Assembly: GCA_023515725.1 (NCBI GenBank) | Contig: JALDTO010000142.1 | Coordinates: forward strand, 434,001-498,000 | DNA length: 64,000 nucleotides | Direction: 5' to 3' | Source of the DNA: Amoeboaphelidium protococcarum X5 | Lineage: Eukaryota > Fungi > Aphelidiomycota | Part shown: positions 37,735-50,074 of the stretch, piece after piece | Layout of the letters: the number at the start of each line of letters is the position of its first letter | Numbering within the stretch: the stretch's first letter is position 1 | Notes under the pieces: generated by a model | The model's database searches: none | What the model was told of the DNA's origin: nothing | The model's input: only the letters and a program-made list of their open reading frames with translations | Made by a program: the position numbers and the translations under genes

Positions 37735-38484
37735 ATGGTGGCTTTAACGATTGACATTTTGGAGAATTCTGTGGCATTCACCAATACTTTAGGAGACAGA
37801 GAACTGGATTTAAGAGGTAAGCATAATTCTAAATTCATACCATTAAATTCTATGCGTAACGTGACTCTAATATGTGTAGATAACGCGATCAGCTTGATTG
37901 AGAACTTGAGTCTGACCAAGGATCTGTACGACACTGTAGACTTTACAAATAACGATATTATTAGGCTAGAAGATTTCCCTCATTTATATAAATTAAAGCA
38001 TCTTTTGCTATCTAATAATAAAATCAATTACATTAGTTCATCAATCGGCGAAGCATTGCCAGAACTACACACTCTGATTCTGAACAATAATGAAATTAAT
38101 AAAGTCTCCTCGCTTTCACCGTTAAAATTGGCGTCAAGTTTGAAATGCCTCAGTCTGCGTGGAAATCCAGTGTGTTTATAGAAAGATTATCGACTGCAGG
38201 TACTAGCTATGCTGCCTCAGCTGAGATATTTGGATTTTGAACACGTGACTGACAAGGAGAGGCGAGACGCGTAATCATTCGTAGAATCAGACGCTGTTGA
38301 GTCAACTGCACCGAAATCCGGCAAAGGGAAGAGAGTGAGGAATTCATCTGGCGCGTCTGAAGACGATGCTTCTGATGTTGAATCCTCCAGAAGGAAAGAC
38401 AGAGTGAAGAGGATCAAGGAAGCCATCAAGAATGCAAAGACTTTGGAAGAAATCACTGCTCTTGAACGTGAACTGCGTAAATGA
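37735..38484 (+). CDS. SNRPA1: U2 snRNP protein A' (LRR); intron 37817-37879
   Basis: FTNTLGDRELDLR|DNAISLIENL, DFTNNDI, LLLSNNKI, LRGNPV..KDYRL..PQLRYLDF, IKEAIKNAKTLEEI..LE. Confidence 0.93.
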
Positions 38485-38713
38485 TATCTATCATATAGTT
38501 CTATGAATGTCAATTCTATTTTTAATCATCCACCCCCTTGTTGAACGATGATGATGATGAATGAATACGACTGAGACGCTGTGCTGTTTCTTTCGTCAAC
38601 GATTCTCTCGTTCTCTCGTGCAACGATCATTTCTTCCTGTTTCTGAATCAGACAATATTGTTCATTTACCAACTCAACATTACATTTAACCTTATCTATA
38701 TATATTAATAAGA

Positions 38714-39217
38714 ATGATCAAGAAGGGATAACATCATTAAATTCATAATCTTGGCAGTGATGCACAGGATTCAAAGCATGATAAGAAGGGTCATTCTTCC
38801 AATCAGCCTCATGGACCTCAGCTGGTTTCTTGCACATGGCGCCCTGCTAAAGAGAAGAGTCATGAGACTACTTCAGAATTTTTCGTCATTTGTGATAATG
38901 GTAAGTTTTAGTCAAAAGTTGATTTCAATTGATATACTTTGTGTGAGATTATGTGAATGTATGTGTGGGTAGGTATGCCAGCCAAGTATCGCAAAGGAGA
39001 AGCATCGCTGGCTGAAACTGTTGACTCGTTTGACATTTTCACTCGCGACTTTGGAACGAACGGGCCGCCGTGCAAACCGCGCAAAGCTCAACTCTTGGAG
39101 GCGTTTAATAGCACGGATGAGTCGGCCATTATTGACAAGATTATCCGCGAGGGTGTGGAGGCCAAGTTTGATGCTAAAATCTTGAATGGAAGGCGTGGTA
39201 ATATCGTTATTCACTGA
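38714..39217 (+). CDS. RTC3: Stand-alone SBDS N-terminal (FYSH) domain protein, Rtc3/YHR087W-like; intron 38901-38972
   Basis: EFFVIC..KYRKGEASLAETVDSFDIF..G..KAQLLEAFNSTDESAIIDKIIREG. Confidence 0.8.
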
Positions 39218-39375
39218 GTACTTACCGTATTGCAGTCTCGCTAAAGTATGAATATTTAGCAGAGTATATATGTACTACTAAGAATAAGGATTTTTATATT
39301 TACTGAGCGATATCGCATTCTCTTTGCGTATTTTTAATCTTCATTTCAACGCGATTCTTCTGAATTTATATCGAG

Positions 39376-40656
39376 ATGTAATAACAATAAGTCTTGAATT
39401 TGAATTTGTAAACGGGTCATTTAAGTGCCGCTCATTCTATTCATTCACACTATTAAAGGAGTTTAAAGCTAACTTATACTGGCGATGCATGGTGTATGAA
39501 ATAATGGTGTGATAGGATTGCTAAACTGGTAGATCATGATTTGGCGCAGAACTAGATTTGTCCCCTTGGATTTGATTTAGAATGGAAACCCAATCGGCAA
39601 GTTGGTTAGGATAATCCAGTCAATTTGATCTAGGTGTGTTATTAGGATGAAGTTTTATTATATCACGCGGTGTATGTATTTAGAGGACGCTATATCACAG
39701 TCAATGCCAATGACTTGTAGCCGCTGATTGATCTACTTACTAAAGATGGGGTGCTGTTATGTGGGACTGCCGTTAAATAGGACGCAAAGAAGATGATTAA
39801 AGATTTTAATATACCTGAAGTGTATTAACAGAAGATTTTAGATAATTGTCATGATCTTAAGGACTTTGCCCAGTATCACTATTACTTGAAATCGCGTTAG
39901 TAGATTGTAGCATAGTCTCGTTTTGAGGTATTTGTAGCGTCCAAGTATCTTTCAATGGTGGAAATGTATTATAGTTCTCTCACACAGGGCAGTGGTCATT
40001 TTAACAAGTATGTCAAGTATAGATATGGAATTAAAGTGAAATCTATTGATGGGGAGGTACATGGTAACACTTCTGTCTATTAAGATGCAGCGTAGCAGCT
40101 GGACCTTTTAGAACACTTGGAAATGCTTTGTGTTGACGATGTGAAGCAGTACTGTAAGAGTCACGAACTAGGCGAAGAATTACCGGAGCTAGATGAATTT
40201 GGTGGTGCTTCCGCTTTTCCGAATGGAGATTTACATCTTCCACTTCCGGCCAAGAATGCCAAGTATGGACTCAAAGTTTTGATGGATCGATTCAAGTTGG
40301 TATCTGCAGAGTCCAATCTCAATCCACCAGCTCAATCTTACCGCAACAGTACTTCATGCACAAATTGGGAATTCTTCCCTCTTAACGTGAACTAGATCAA
40401 ATATGCAGCTATGGATGCGTATGCTGGTCATGAACTGTTGAAATGTATCCTATATGAAATTTCACGCTTACTGCAGTTGGATCTATCTTAAGCTTTATCA
40501 CGCGAGAGATTTAATGATATTCTAGCATTGTAGTAGTAGTAAGTTGCTGAAAGTAAGGCTCTTGCTGATAAGTAGAAGAAGCGTTCGCAAGCTTAGAAGA
40601 AGCCACTTGCAAAGTCATCGTCGCCCAAACATCAACCTTCTGAAGACGCTGAGTGA
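39376..40656 (+). CDS. DEDDy 3'-5' exonuclease (WRN/EXD2-like)
   Basis: ExoI GFDLEWKP, LIQV, ExoII AVKQDAKKM, GLKVL..TNWE..L..QIKYAAMDAY (ExoIII). Confidence 0.88.
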
Positions 40657-40699
40657 TAATCAAGTACGTGATTTGAATGATTTTTTTATTACAATTTTA

Positions 40700-41900
40700 T
40701 TTCACAAGGCTTACATTTACTGATTTATTATCATCCTCCGAAGGAAAGTGAACGCCTTTAACAACCGCATACTCACTCTTAATAAATTCTTAAAGACCAA
40801 GAATAGCGAGCCAGAACATGGACAGCAAATTAATATCTTACTCTGCTCTTTGAAATTAGTATTCTTCTTTTCCTATCAACTTCATATCTCCACACATTAT
40901 CTTTATTCTGATCTTCTATTTTAATCATTTAAATCAAATTGCTATGCTTCATAGGTGCTAGGCAACACCACGTCCATCAGCCTGTTGTTAGCCACGCGAG
41001 AGGGCAATCTCAAATGTGCAATGATTGCTGCAGGAGTAGCACCTTCATTTTATAATAAATCCAGTGCAATCTCCTTCATTTTAACAACAGCACCCATATA
41101 TGTGCGTTGGCTCTCATTTACGATCCAATCTGGATGAAGACAATGCTCTAAGGCCTTCAACCATTTCCATCTCCTCTTCTTCTGTCCATAGAGCAAACTG
41201 TCTTTCAGGATGCCCCAGCCACTGCACTCTCTCCGGGTAGATGCAATCCAAGAAAGACTGTAGAGTGCGCTGTGGGGGTATCTATGGGGCGCGCTAGTAT
41301 GGCTAATGACGGCGAGCATTATTCTACTCTGCCATTTAACCGCCTGCCCGTCCACGGTACTATTAACGAGGATTGTAAGTAGGCCCAGCTTCATACTAAT
41401 TCCACTGATGAGCCAGAAATTACACAGCAGTGCAAATTCTGGATTATCGGCATTATTTGCCATCAAATACTCTAGGAAAGTATATTACAAACTTGAGGAC
41501 CAGCCGGAGAAAGTGCTTTCGCTCTTCACTTTAAATGTGTCGACAGATTCATAGCAGGACCTTAAAGATTTTATTAATTCATACAATGTCGACTGAGTTA
41601 TGAAATCCTGCCCACTGTCTATCATCGCTCATGACGTTCGCCAGCTTCACAAAGACCAAGGACAACCGTTTCTCCTCTTAATTGCCAGTCTGATAACTGT
41701 CTACAGCGCACATCTGAGCACTTCAAAATGCCTTCAAAGGATAACGCTTGTTTAGATGCCGACGCCTTAGGCAACACCACGGTACAGGTAGATATGTCAG
41801 CACACTATTTAAAGATCTTGACAAATTCTCACAAAAATACCATAGATCTGCTTGTTGCAATATGGAACCATCAAAATTAGAGGCTGAATTTCAAAAAACA
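40700..41900 (-). pseudogene. Probable frameshifted/decayed ORF of unknown family
   Basis: TGA-free frame 41625-40882 (247 aa) overlaps a second frame with more natural Gln-rich text (NPRQQYRGRAGGQMAEQ..) that is broken by TGAs. Confidence 0.35.
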
Positions 41901-42058
41901 TGAAGTGGTAAGATTGAGAAAGAAGAAAAGACCACAAGGCTTGTCAGCAACTTGCAGATAAATCAACGATTCATGAACAGTATGATATTTAAAATTTTAT
42001 TTAAATAAAGTTCTTTATAATTATAAGATTCTTTTCTAGTTCAATTTACGCTAGATAA

Positions 42059-42751
42059 TCACTTTGAATGATGAGAACAGCTGTGGGTTCCAGCTTTAGT
42101 CGCAACTTTAACCTCTTAAACCTCCTCTCCAAAAGTATAATCATCTGCAAACGGGTCTTTACATATAGAGGTATCCGGCAATGTAAACTCGTCGCTATTC
42201 AAAGAAGTCTTGAAAAACTCATACTTTTGCCAGTGAGAAACCTTCCACTCGTTAATGTAAAAATCTTCATACTTTCCGACAAACGCGCCAGTCTCGGCAT
42301 TAACGAACAAGTCAGAGGTGGTGTCTTTCTCGATGGCGCGATAGACGCGACAATACTGGTCATATACTACCTGGTACTTTAAAAAAGTGTAGTCCTTCAG
42401 AAAATAAAAAGGTCTCTACCACTTATATACACCAGTAAAACATTCTTTAGTCTTTCCCGTAGTTTTGTTGATATTAAACTAATACGTCTTGTCTCCAATA
42501 TGATAGAAATTTACAGTCTCCTCTGCATCATAACTGATTCTGTGCATCAGTCTTTCATCTTCATTCACAGCATATTCCACCAGATACGAGAAATTTCTAC
42601 TGTCGTTGACATTCATCTTGAAATGATACTAAGTGGGCCAACTCAGACTGTCCCCTAAGCCGTCATCCTACGCGCCAGTAAGAGTATTCTAATCTGCTGG
42701 TGCAGACCAAACGGTGGCAAACATAGCCAATGATGCCACAAATTTAATCAT
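42059..42751 (-). CDS. Secreted 230-aa protein, possibly ependymin-related (EPDR/LolA-like fold)
   Basis: Signal peptide MIKFVASLAMFATVWSA; WPTQY start of mature domain; beta-rich aromatic body; EFTLPDTSIC C-terminal motif. Confidence 0.7.
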
Positions 42752-43314
42752 TGGTGAATGTAAACTTTTTACTATACGCGTTTTTAAAGTATCAGATGAT
42801 TATCTTTATAAAAACGCTCAGTTCAATTTCAATTATTTAGCAAGTAAGCAAGTAAAGGCTATGTCACATGTCAGATTAACGGGCCCCTGAAATAAGAGAG
42901 GTTGACTATATTATCGGAATGGCTTACATTTGGCGTTGAGCTATAAAATTGTAGAAACTCAAATTCATTTATACATTTGATTGTATGCCACGCTTTACTA
43001 ATGAAGCTTACGCAAACAGTTTTTGAACCTTGAATTGTATAGACTGAGATCATTTAGAATACAACAATTTGCTTTAATCCATTATTCTCACAATATAATG
43101 GCAGAGTTCAACTGTGTTCATTATCTGACACGCTCCACACTATATTTTCTGCATGTTGAGTTGAGTTTACCATTTACTGTACTGTATTCGCTCTCCATTC
43201 TCTTTCCAATCTCGCATCTTGTTTAAACGTACTGAACTCCCGCTGTGAGCTTTTATCAACTTCAAGTGTCAGTATACCGAAGCCACCAAGGAGGAATTTT
43301 AAATATTCTGCAAA

Positions 43315-44564
43315 ATGCAAGAATATTAGCATGATTCTCCACTTCAGTCTGAATCTCCGGGCTTATCTTATAGCAGAGAAGACTTGACTTTAATTGGCAA
43401 TAAATTAAGAACACTACATCCCCAAGATGGCGATATCGATTATGTTATCAAGGCATTGGAGCTTCAGTTTGAGCACATAATGGACCTTAAACATCAAAAC
43501 AGCTAGTTAGAATAGAAATACAGTAATTTAAAGAACGACTAAAGCCTTATACAATTACAAAAGTAGATGGGTGTTGGAATGAAGAAGGCTATGGATCAAT
43601 TGAAGGAGTCTCAAGCTGAAACAATGACACTCAGAGATGCTAATCATTAACTTGAAGTGGCATTGCGTAGATTATAGTCTGATAATTCCACAAAACAGCA
43701 GTAGATTGATGATGTGCAGTCTCAGTGCATGAAGCTGACACGGCAGATTCAAGAGATGTAGGTTGACTAAAGTGGCACTCTCGGTTCACAAGGCAGAGTA
43801 GGAGACGATGTAGTAATTGGAGCACTTCTTGAATAGAGAAAACCCGATGTGAGAAAAGCCCAAAAGACTTCATACAGTTCCGAGGACGGAGATTAGCATG
43901 AAACGGTCATTCGCTCACTGCAGACTTAGCTGTAAGAAAGTGAAATTTAATTGAAATAGATTAAATCTCTCGCGTTCCAGTACTAAATAGAGAATGATAG
44001 GTATGATTTTGTACGCTTTTGTGCTCTATAAATTATGGAGAGAATGAATACTTTTATTGTAGATCTATGCAGCTGAGTGTCTAGCAGAAGAAAGAGATTG
44101 AATAGCTCAAGTAAATTCTACACGCCAAGGATAAGCTTACTGAACATTTGCAAATGTAGATTGCTGAAATATCCAGCTACATTGGCGAGACTGAGAGATA
44201 TGAAATAGACGTGATTGAGCGTTACAAGCTTTAAGCGGAAGATATGAAAGCCAAGTATGAAGAATTGTCTGTATCGTTTCAATAAATTCAAGATGAGTTG
44301 ACACAATCTGAAGCTGAGAGACGCGTACTTGAATAGAAACTGAAGGCGTTTAAGAATCCTCAGCTAGATGCTAGCCTTGGCTCTATGTCAATTAAAAGTG
44401 CTCTTGATAAGGGCAAAGCTTCTGAGTAGTAATAGTAGTAACAATAATCTCAGAAATTCAAAAGACTTTTGGATGACTTTGAAAACCTGCGACAGGACTG
44501 GAAACGGCTTGATGAAGGATAGCCATCACTATATAGGTGGGACTAGTACGTTACTAACTTATGA
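43315..44564 (+). CDS. Coiled-coil protein; intron 44001-44062
   Basis: E/Q/K/L heptads in frame 1, then frame 3 after a GTATGA...TTGTAG intron. Confidence 0.75.
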
Positions 44565-44592
44565 CAATAGATATCTATTACTTATTTCATTA

Positions 44593-46422
44593 TCAATCGA
44601 ACAAGAGATCAAAGGTTGGCAACTCATTAAACTAATCGACAGCATCATCGACCATTTGAGCACTCTTCAACTCCTTCTTCAGCACTAGCAATTCTCCTTT
44701 ATCGCGATCACTCTTTCGCTTCACAAATTCAACACTGTGTCGAAGCTATTCAACTTCTTCTAAAGCCTTCTTCAGCTTGTTTCGATCAAGTATTATTGAT
44801 TTGGATTCTTGCTCTACAGTATACCAGGAGGAAGGCAGTTTAAGTTTTCTGCCAACATACGCAATGTTCTTAGTACTTGGGATGCGTAGATGCTCCACTT
44901 CAGGAACGAGTCCAAAGCATTGGTCTTCAATCGCGTCCACATCAGAGGCGTCATTATCACTACAATCAAAATCAGACTCTACATCGCTCTCCATTAAAGT
45001 TCGATTCATATCATCATGAAGGTTGAATATCAAAGAACCATCAATCATTGATTCAGTCCATTGTAGATACGCCTCATATCGTGGTACTTGGCGTCCATTT
45101 GCACCTATAGGTACCGCAATGCTTTAACCAAATGGATTCTTTACTCCTCGCAAGTCAAAGAAACAGCAAGGCAGAACGAATACACTGCAATACGCGTCCA
45201 TCTATAGAGAACCATCATCTTGAATATCAACTTATTCCATCGGTATCTTAATCCACTTCTCTAACAAGTACTCCAAATTAATTTTGTGAGCTAGCAGAGG
45301 AATCCAACCAGTCAGTTCATCAGCATGATTTCCTATTAACCACAAGCGTTGAGTATTGAGTGGAATATCAAAGCTATCGTGACGAGGATCAATAGTATTC
45401 TCTTATAGATTCAGTTGTGGGAGATCTTCCTTCAGTACATCCCAAAGGGCCCGTTTAGCTTAATCAAATCCTAATCCGTTCCAATTCTACTTCCCAAGCA
45501 GATAAGTCAGGAAACCATTTCCACACCCAATATCGATAAAATACAAATCTTCCATAATATTGGATTTCTATTACTTGAATAGGCAATGCAGAAAAGTTAG
45601 AATGGATATATCCTCAAAGACATGTTTTTGCGGATCAGTGTCCATTAACTTCTTACTCTTACTCTAATGCCGGTTATCTACAGCCTCGCACCATTTGGAC
45701 ACCCAATAGCCATACTTTTGCTTAAATTCAACATACTAGTCTTGGTACGTGGCTTTGTCCAATACTTTATCATGATTAACGCGTTTTTCATATAGACCAT
45801 TCACAGCTTTGTGATTACCAACCAAGAACTTGCACAAAGTGTCCATTATAGACGATATCACAAAGGAATTTCGCAATTACTGATCAGAGTTGATACCAAC
45901 CTGCTCATCAACCAGCGATTCAATAATAGTCTTTTCCATTTCAATATCTCGATCAATACGGAAGGCAAACCAGTTCACTTATTAAGGCATATAAAAAGGC
46001 AACTTTGACTATATCGCGTAATTTGCATACATTAGATCCCAAATCAGGTATAAGGACTTGAGCTTATTATCGACAAAGATTTACCATAGATACAAGTCAT
46101 GCGTCAAAATGTTATTCTCTTGATGTATTTTAGGTACAACTTTACGTCTAACGTGACACATAGATTAAGAGGCGACTTAATCACTCTACGATATATCACC
46201 AAGATTGAATGTTCTCACTTTGGCAAATAGTGACTCCCCATTATCATCATCATCATTAAAGTCAGTCTATAGTTCAGCAGAGACAGTTTCCTGGTATATA
46301 ATATCGGATCTCATTACATTCTTCTAGAATAATTCAGCATTACGTAAATGTGTATCAGCGACAGACTAAATATTCATCTACGTGTACAGACTGTCCACCA
46401 CCACTGTCTTGACTGATCTCAT
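44593..46422 (-). CDS. TRM44: tRNA(Ser) Um44 2'-O-methyltransferase
   Basis: TDPQKHVFEDISI, FIDIGCGNGFLTYLL, WLIGNHADELTGWIP, VLPCCFFD, LRIPSTKN. Confidence 0.93.
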
Positions 46423-46557
46423 TTCCCCACTGATTCTAAGCTTTAGCCTCTTTTCGCTCTTTTTACACAAAACAATGAAAGTAAACTTATTCTTGTATAA
46501 TAGACTCTGATCTAAATAAGTGCAAAGCCTAGCGATATTGATATATTGGAATATATT

Positions 46558-47994
46558 ATGGAGTGTTCAGTCTGCTAATTGCCGCTTAATTATGCCTTGC
46601 TACGTAATAGCGATTATGCTGACGATCACGATAATGATGATGATGAAGGTTGTGAGGAACTGATGCAGCTGGGGAAACCTGTGCCTGATTTGATTGATTA
46701 GAATTGTCCTCATTTCTATCATTACAAATGTCTGTATGAGTGGAGTAAAATCAATAATTCATGTCCGCTGGATAGATTGCAGTTTAGCTATATTAAATAG
46801 ATTGATTTGGGTGATTTGCGATAGAAGGATGCACAACGATTATTTTAAAATGATGATAACCAACACACTGACCATAATCATGTTGATGAAGATGAACTAA
46901 TGAGTGTATTGAATAAGAATCTACCAAGTAAAGTTTTGCCTGTACCGGAGCGAACTCATAATCTTGGCGATGACTATAGCTATAATTATAGCGAGGACAT
47001 GTCTGCGTGTTAGGTATGTCACACTGACGATGATCCTCATCAGTTGCTCATATGCGACGGCTGTGATCAAATGTACCATCTCTATTGTCTTGAACCGCCA
47101 CTCTCCTCTGTGCCTATGAACGAATGGTTCTGCTCTAGTTGCTCTTAGTCTGTGTAGTAGTAATAATAGTAATAATAAAGATCTTCTATTACGGATGATC
47201 TAGCACAAGATTTGAATCTCAACTTTAGTGATCCTCATCGAGTATTATCACAATCATCGCCAAGTAATAATGGTAGAGGTAGAAGGTTGTAGAATCGATA
47301 GAGATCTTAAGCTGCTCTGATGCGAATGCTCAGGAGAAGATTGTTGAATGATCTGCATGATTTTGGTTCCCAGTACAGAGTGGGTAATCGCAGTGCTGGC
47401 ATTGTGCGACATCACAATGATCTAGATACGTCTTCAGTCATGAATAGTAACAGTAATTATAGTAATTCTAATAACGAGGCTATGAATGGAATGCACGTAA
47501 GTATCTATCCCTCCAGTTTCGACATTAATCGAGTTCTGAATAAGCATTCTATTAATGGGGATAGTAGTAATCATGGTGGTAGGAAACGATAATCTAGATA
47601 GAAGCGATCATCGACTGGATCATAATCGACTAGATCATCACGGTAGTATTAATAGTAGTCAAGGCAGCAGTTACAAGGGCCTTCTATTCTTAAATTGGAA
47701 GATGACAAGTCTCTTATATCTAATCTTCTCTTGGAGGACTACAATAAAGTTATCGCTAATCAGCCCAAGTCTGCTGGTAAACGGCGGCGAAAGCTCTCAT
47801 TATCATTGAGTGATGACAATAACTTTAACTCTCCTTCCGCTGCTGCTAATACTGACCAAAATGTAGCTGAGGATGAAAGTGCATTATGGTAGTAATTTGA
47901 ATTGGCTCGTAGTCTTTAACATTCTGGTTCATCGTCATAAGGGACCACTTCCTCTTTGAAATCAAAATAGAGATAAAAGGTTAGAAAGCAGTGA
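46558..47994 (+). CDS. RING-H2 + PHD finger protein (PHRF1/Asr1-like)
   Basis: MECSVC...CPHFYHYKCLYEWSKINNSCPLDR; CQVCHTDDDPHQLLICDGCDQMYHLYCLEPPL..VP..EWFCSSC. Confidence 0.88.
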
Positions 47995-48052
47995 TTTTGT
48001 ATACTATTCGTATCATTATAGATATGTTGATTTTATTTAATAGATATAAATA

Positions 48053-49666
48053 TCAGTTGATTCCAAAGAAACGAATCATAACATCCTAATAGTTGGATGG
48101 AATGGTGTCTTGCTCATTTACAAAGAGGGTGAGGAGGACGCCCATAGCCATGGAGAACGCAACTGTTTCCATCCCATCTTTGCATAGAAGAGCAACTGCA
48201 CGACGACACGCTTGAAATACACTAGATCGCTGGTCAATGTCCATTAGTGGCATTCTAGACAATCCAGCTGTATTCTTAATCCTGAGGCGCAGACGCAACA
48301 AGTTCCAACATCCTTCAATAGCGCGAGGTAGACAGTACATGGCCAGTTCTAATCGCCTCGATTGAGGTTATTCTATCAACACGGTGCAACCACTAACAAA
48401 CCCATTCATAAGATATGCCATAGTTGTCTCGCGTCCAGGAGTGATGTAATTCCTAAAATAACAAGGAACAAGCCAGGCCAGAGATGCAAACAGAGTTATA
48501 AATAGTGAGCTCCTGGTGGACGAGACAATAAGTCTAAGAATAAACTTTTTACCATCTTTAGCCAGTAGTCCATGTCTCAACAGAAGCATCATGGCCAAGT
48601 TGAGCGGTAGATACATTTTGAAAGCTTTCGGGAAGCATCTCATCGCATAAGTCAATTGAGCCCAAGTGCAATTGTTGGTGTGAGGATGGAACATGTTGCA
48701 TATCACATATTGAGGTGCTGCATTGACATTCACTCCAAATTGCTACTGTTATTACTGCTCACGAACCTCTCTACATAATTAGAGTGTACGTGCCAACTAA
48801 GATGGATCGACCGGCTCCTTCTTTATTATACTGGCCATCACGGACTTGGCAAATTTAGCATCCCTCTTACCATAGAAATGCTGCAGATCGGCCAGATTAT
48901 AAATCCACTGATAATAAGAAGGAGACAAAGTTTCCGGATACAACATCCAGTTATGCATAATCTACACATTACACAAGGCCATCAGTAAGACTTCACCATT
49001 CGGAATCCTAGGGAAATAGCCATGCTTGACCATATATGCATGTGTACACTATAGTGATCTACAGGAGAGATAGAGAGCAATGGCAATACGGCGAGACTTT
49101 TCATCAAGTAAAAGAGCATATGAAGATATAACACCTGCAATGAACGAATTCCACCGATCTTCCACCTTTCGCACCTTCCTCAATAAGCACAGTATACCCT
49201 TGAATCCACCAATGAATGAGCCAAAGAACGCGGCAAATCGTAGAGTATCCCTGTCAAGCATCTCCCATAACAATCTCGGCCGTGATCGCAGCTTACCATC
49301 GAGTAACGTCTACACAACGGAAACGCCATATTTGACAATGAACGCAGCACTGAAAGCACGCAGGAATCCCCTGAAGCAGTTGGATCTGCAATACCCACTA
49401 TGCTAACAGAATGGTCGTTTCATCTACTTTTCAATTTCCAATCTACGATTATTCGTCAGTGCCTTCTCATTGATCTTCAGTGTTAGCTCCTTGACTCTGT
49501 TCCAATGTTCATCGGGGAAGTACTGTGTTAGAGGGGATTCAGAATGGACCTATTTAAGTATAGCTTCAGTCTCTTGAGTGGTCAGCGACAGAGCCAGAAC
49601 CTCTGCGATCTTTTCAATAAACACATCCCACGCCTGAGGAAGACTTGTTCCATACAAGGAATTCAT
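48053..49666 (-). CDS. TMEM135: TMEM135-family membrane protein
   Basis: RFAAFFGSFIGGFKG..WNSFIAG..RRIAIALY; CNMFHP..C; KMYLPL..RSSLF; IEQPQSRR(L)ELAMYCLPRAIE. Confidence 0.88.
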
Positions 49667-50074
49667 ATTGATGTAACAAATAGCAAAATGGTATGTTCTG
49701 TATTAGATGTTGCCTAAAGTCAATCTACCAGTAGAGTTATTTAATCGATCAATAGCGGTAATGAAGAACCGTGGGAATAATAGAGTGAATGCTTAAAGCA
49801 GGAGGACTCTCACACTAACCGACTGACTGGCCTCTGGCTGCACGAGTGAATAAATGAATGAATGGGAATGCTCAGCCACGATAGAAGCGCGCGAGATCAA
49901 GAAGTGAAACGAAATAAAATTCCGACGATCGGATCGATCAATCTCTCACTCACTATTACAGTACTTTGAGTGAATAGATGATATAGACACACTGTACTAC
50001 TGAATTGCAAAGATACACTGGAGCAGAGGAAAGGTTCTTATATCAATTGGAATTAATTAGACTAAAATGTATTT

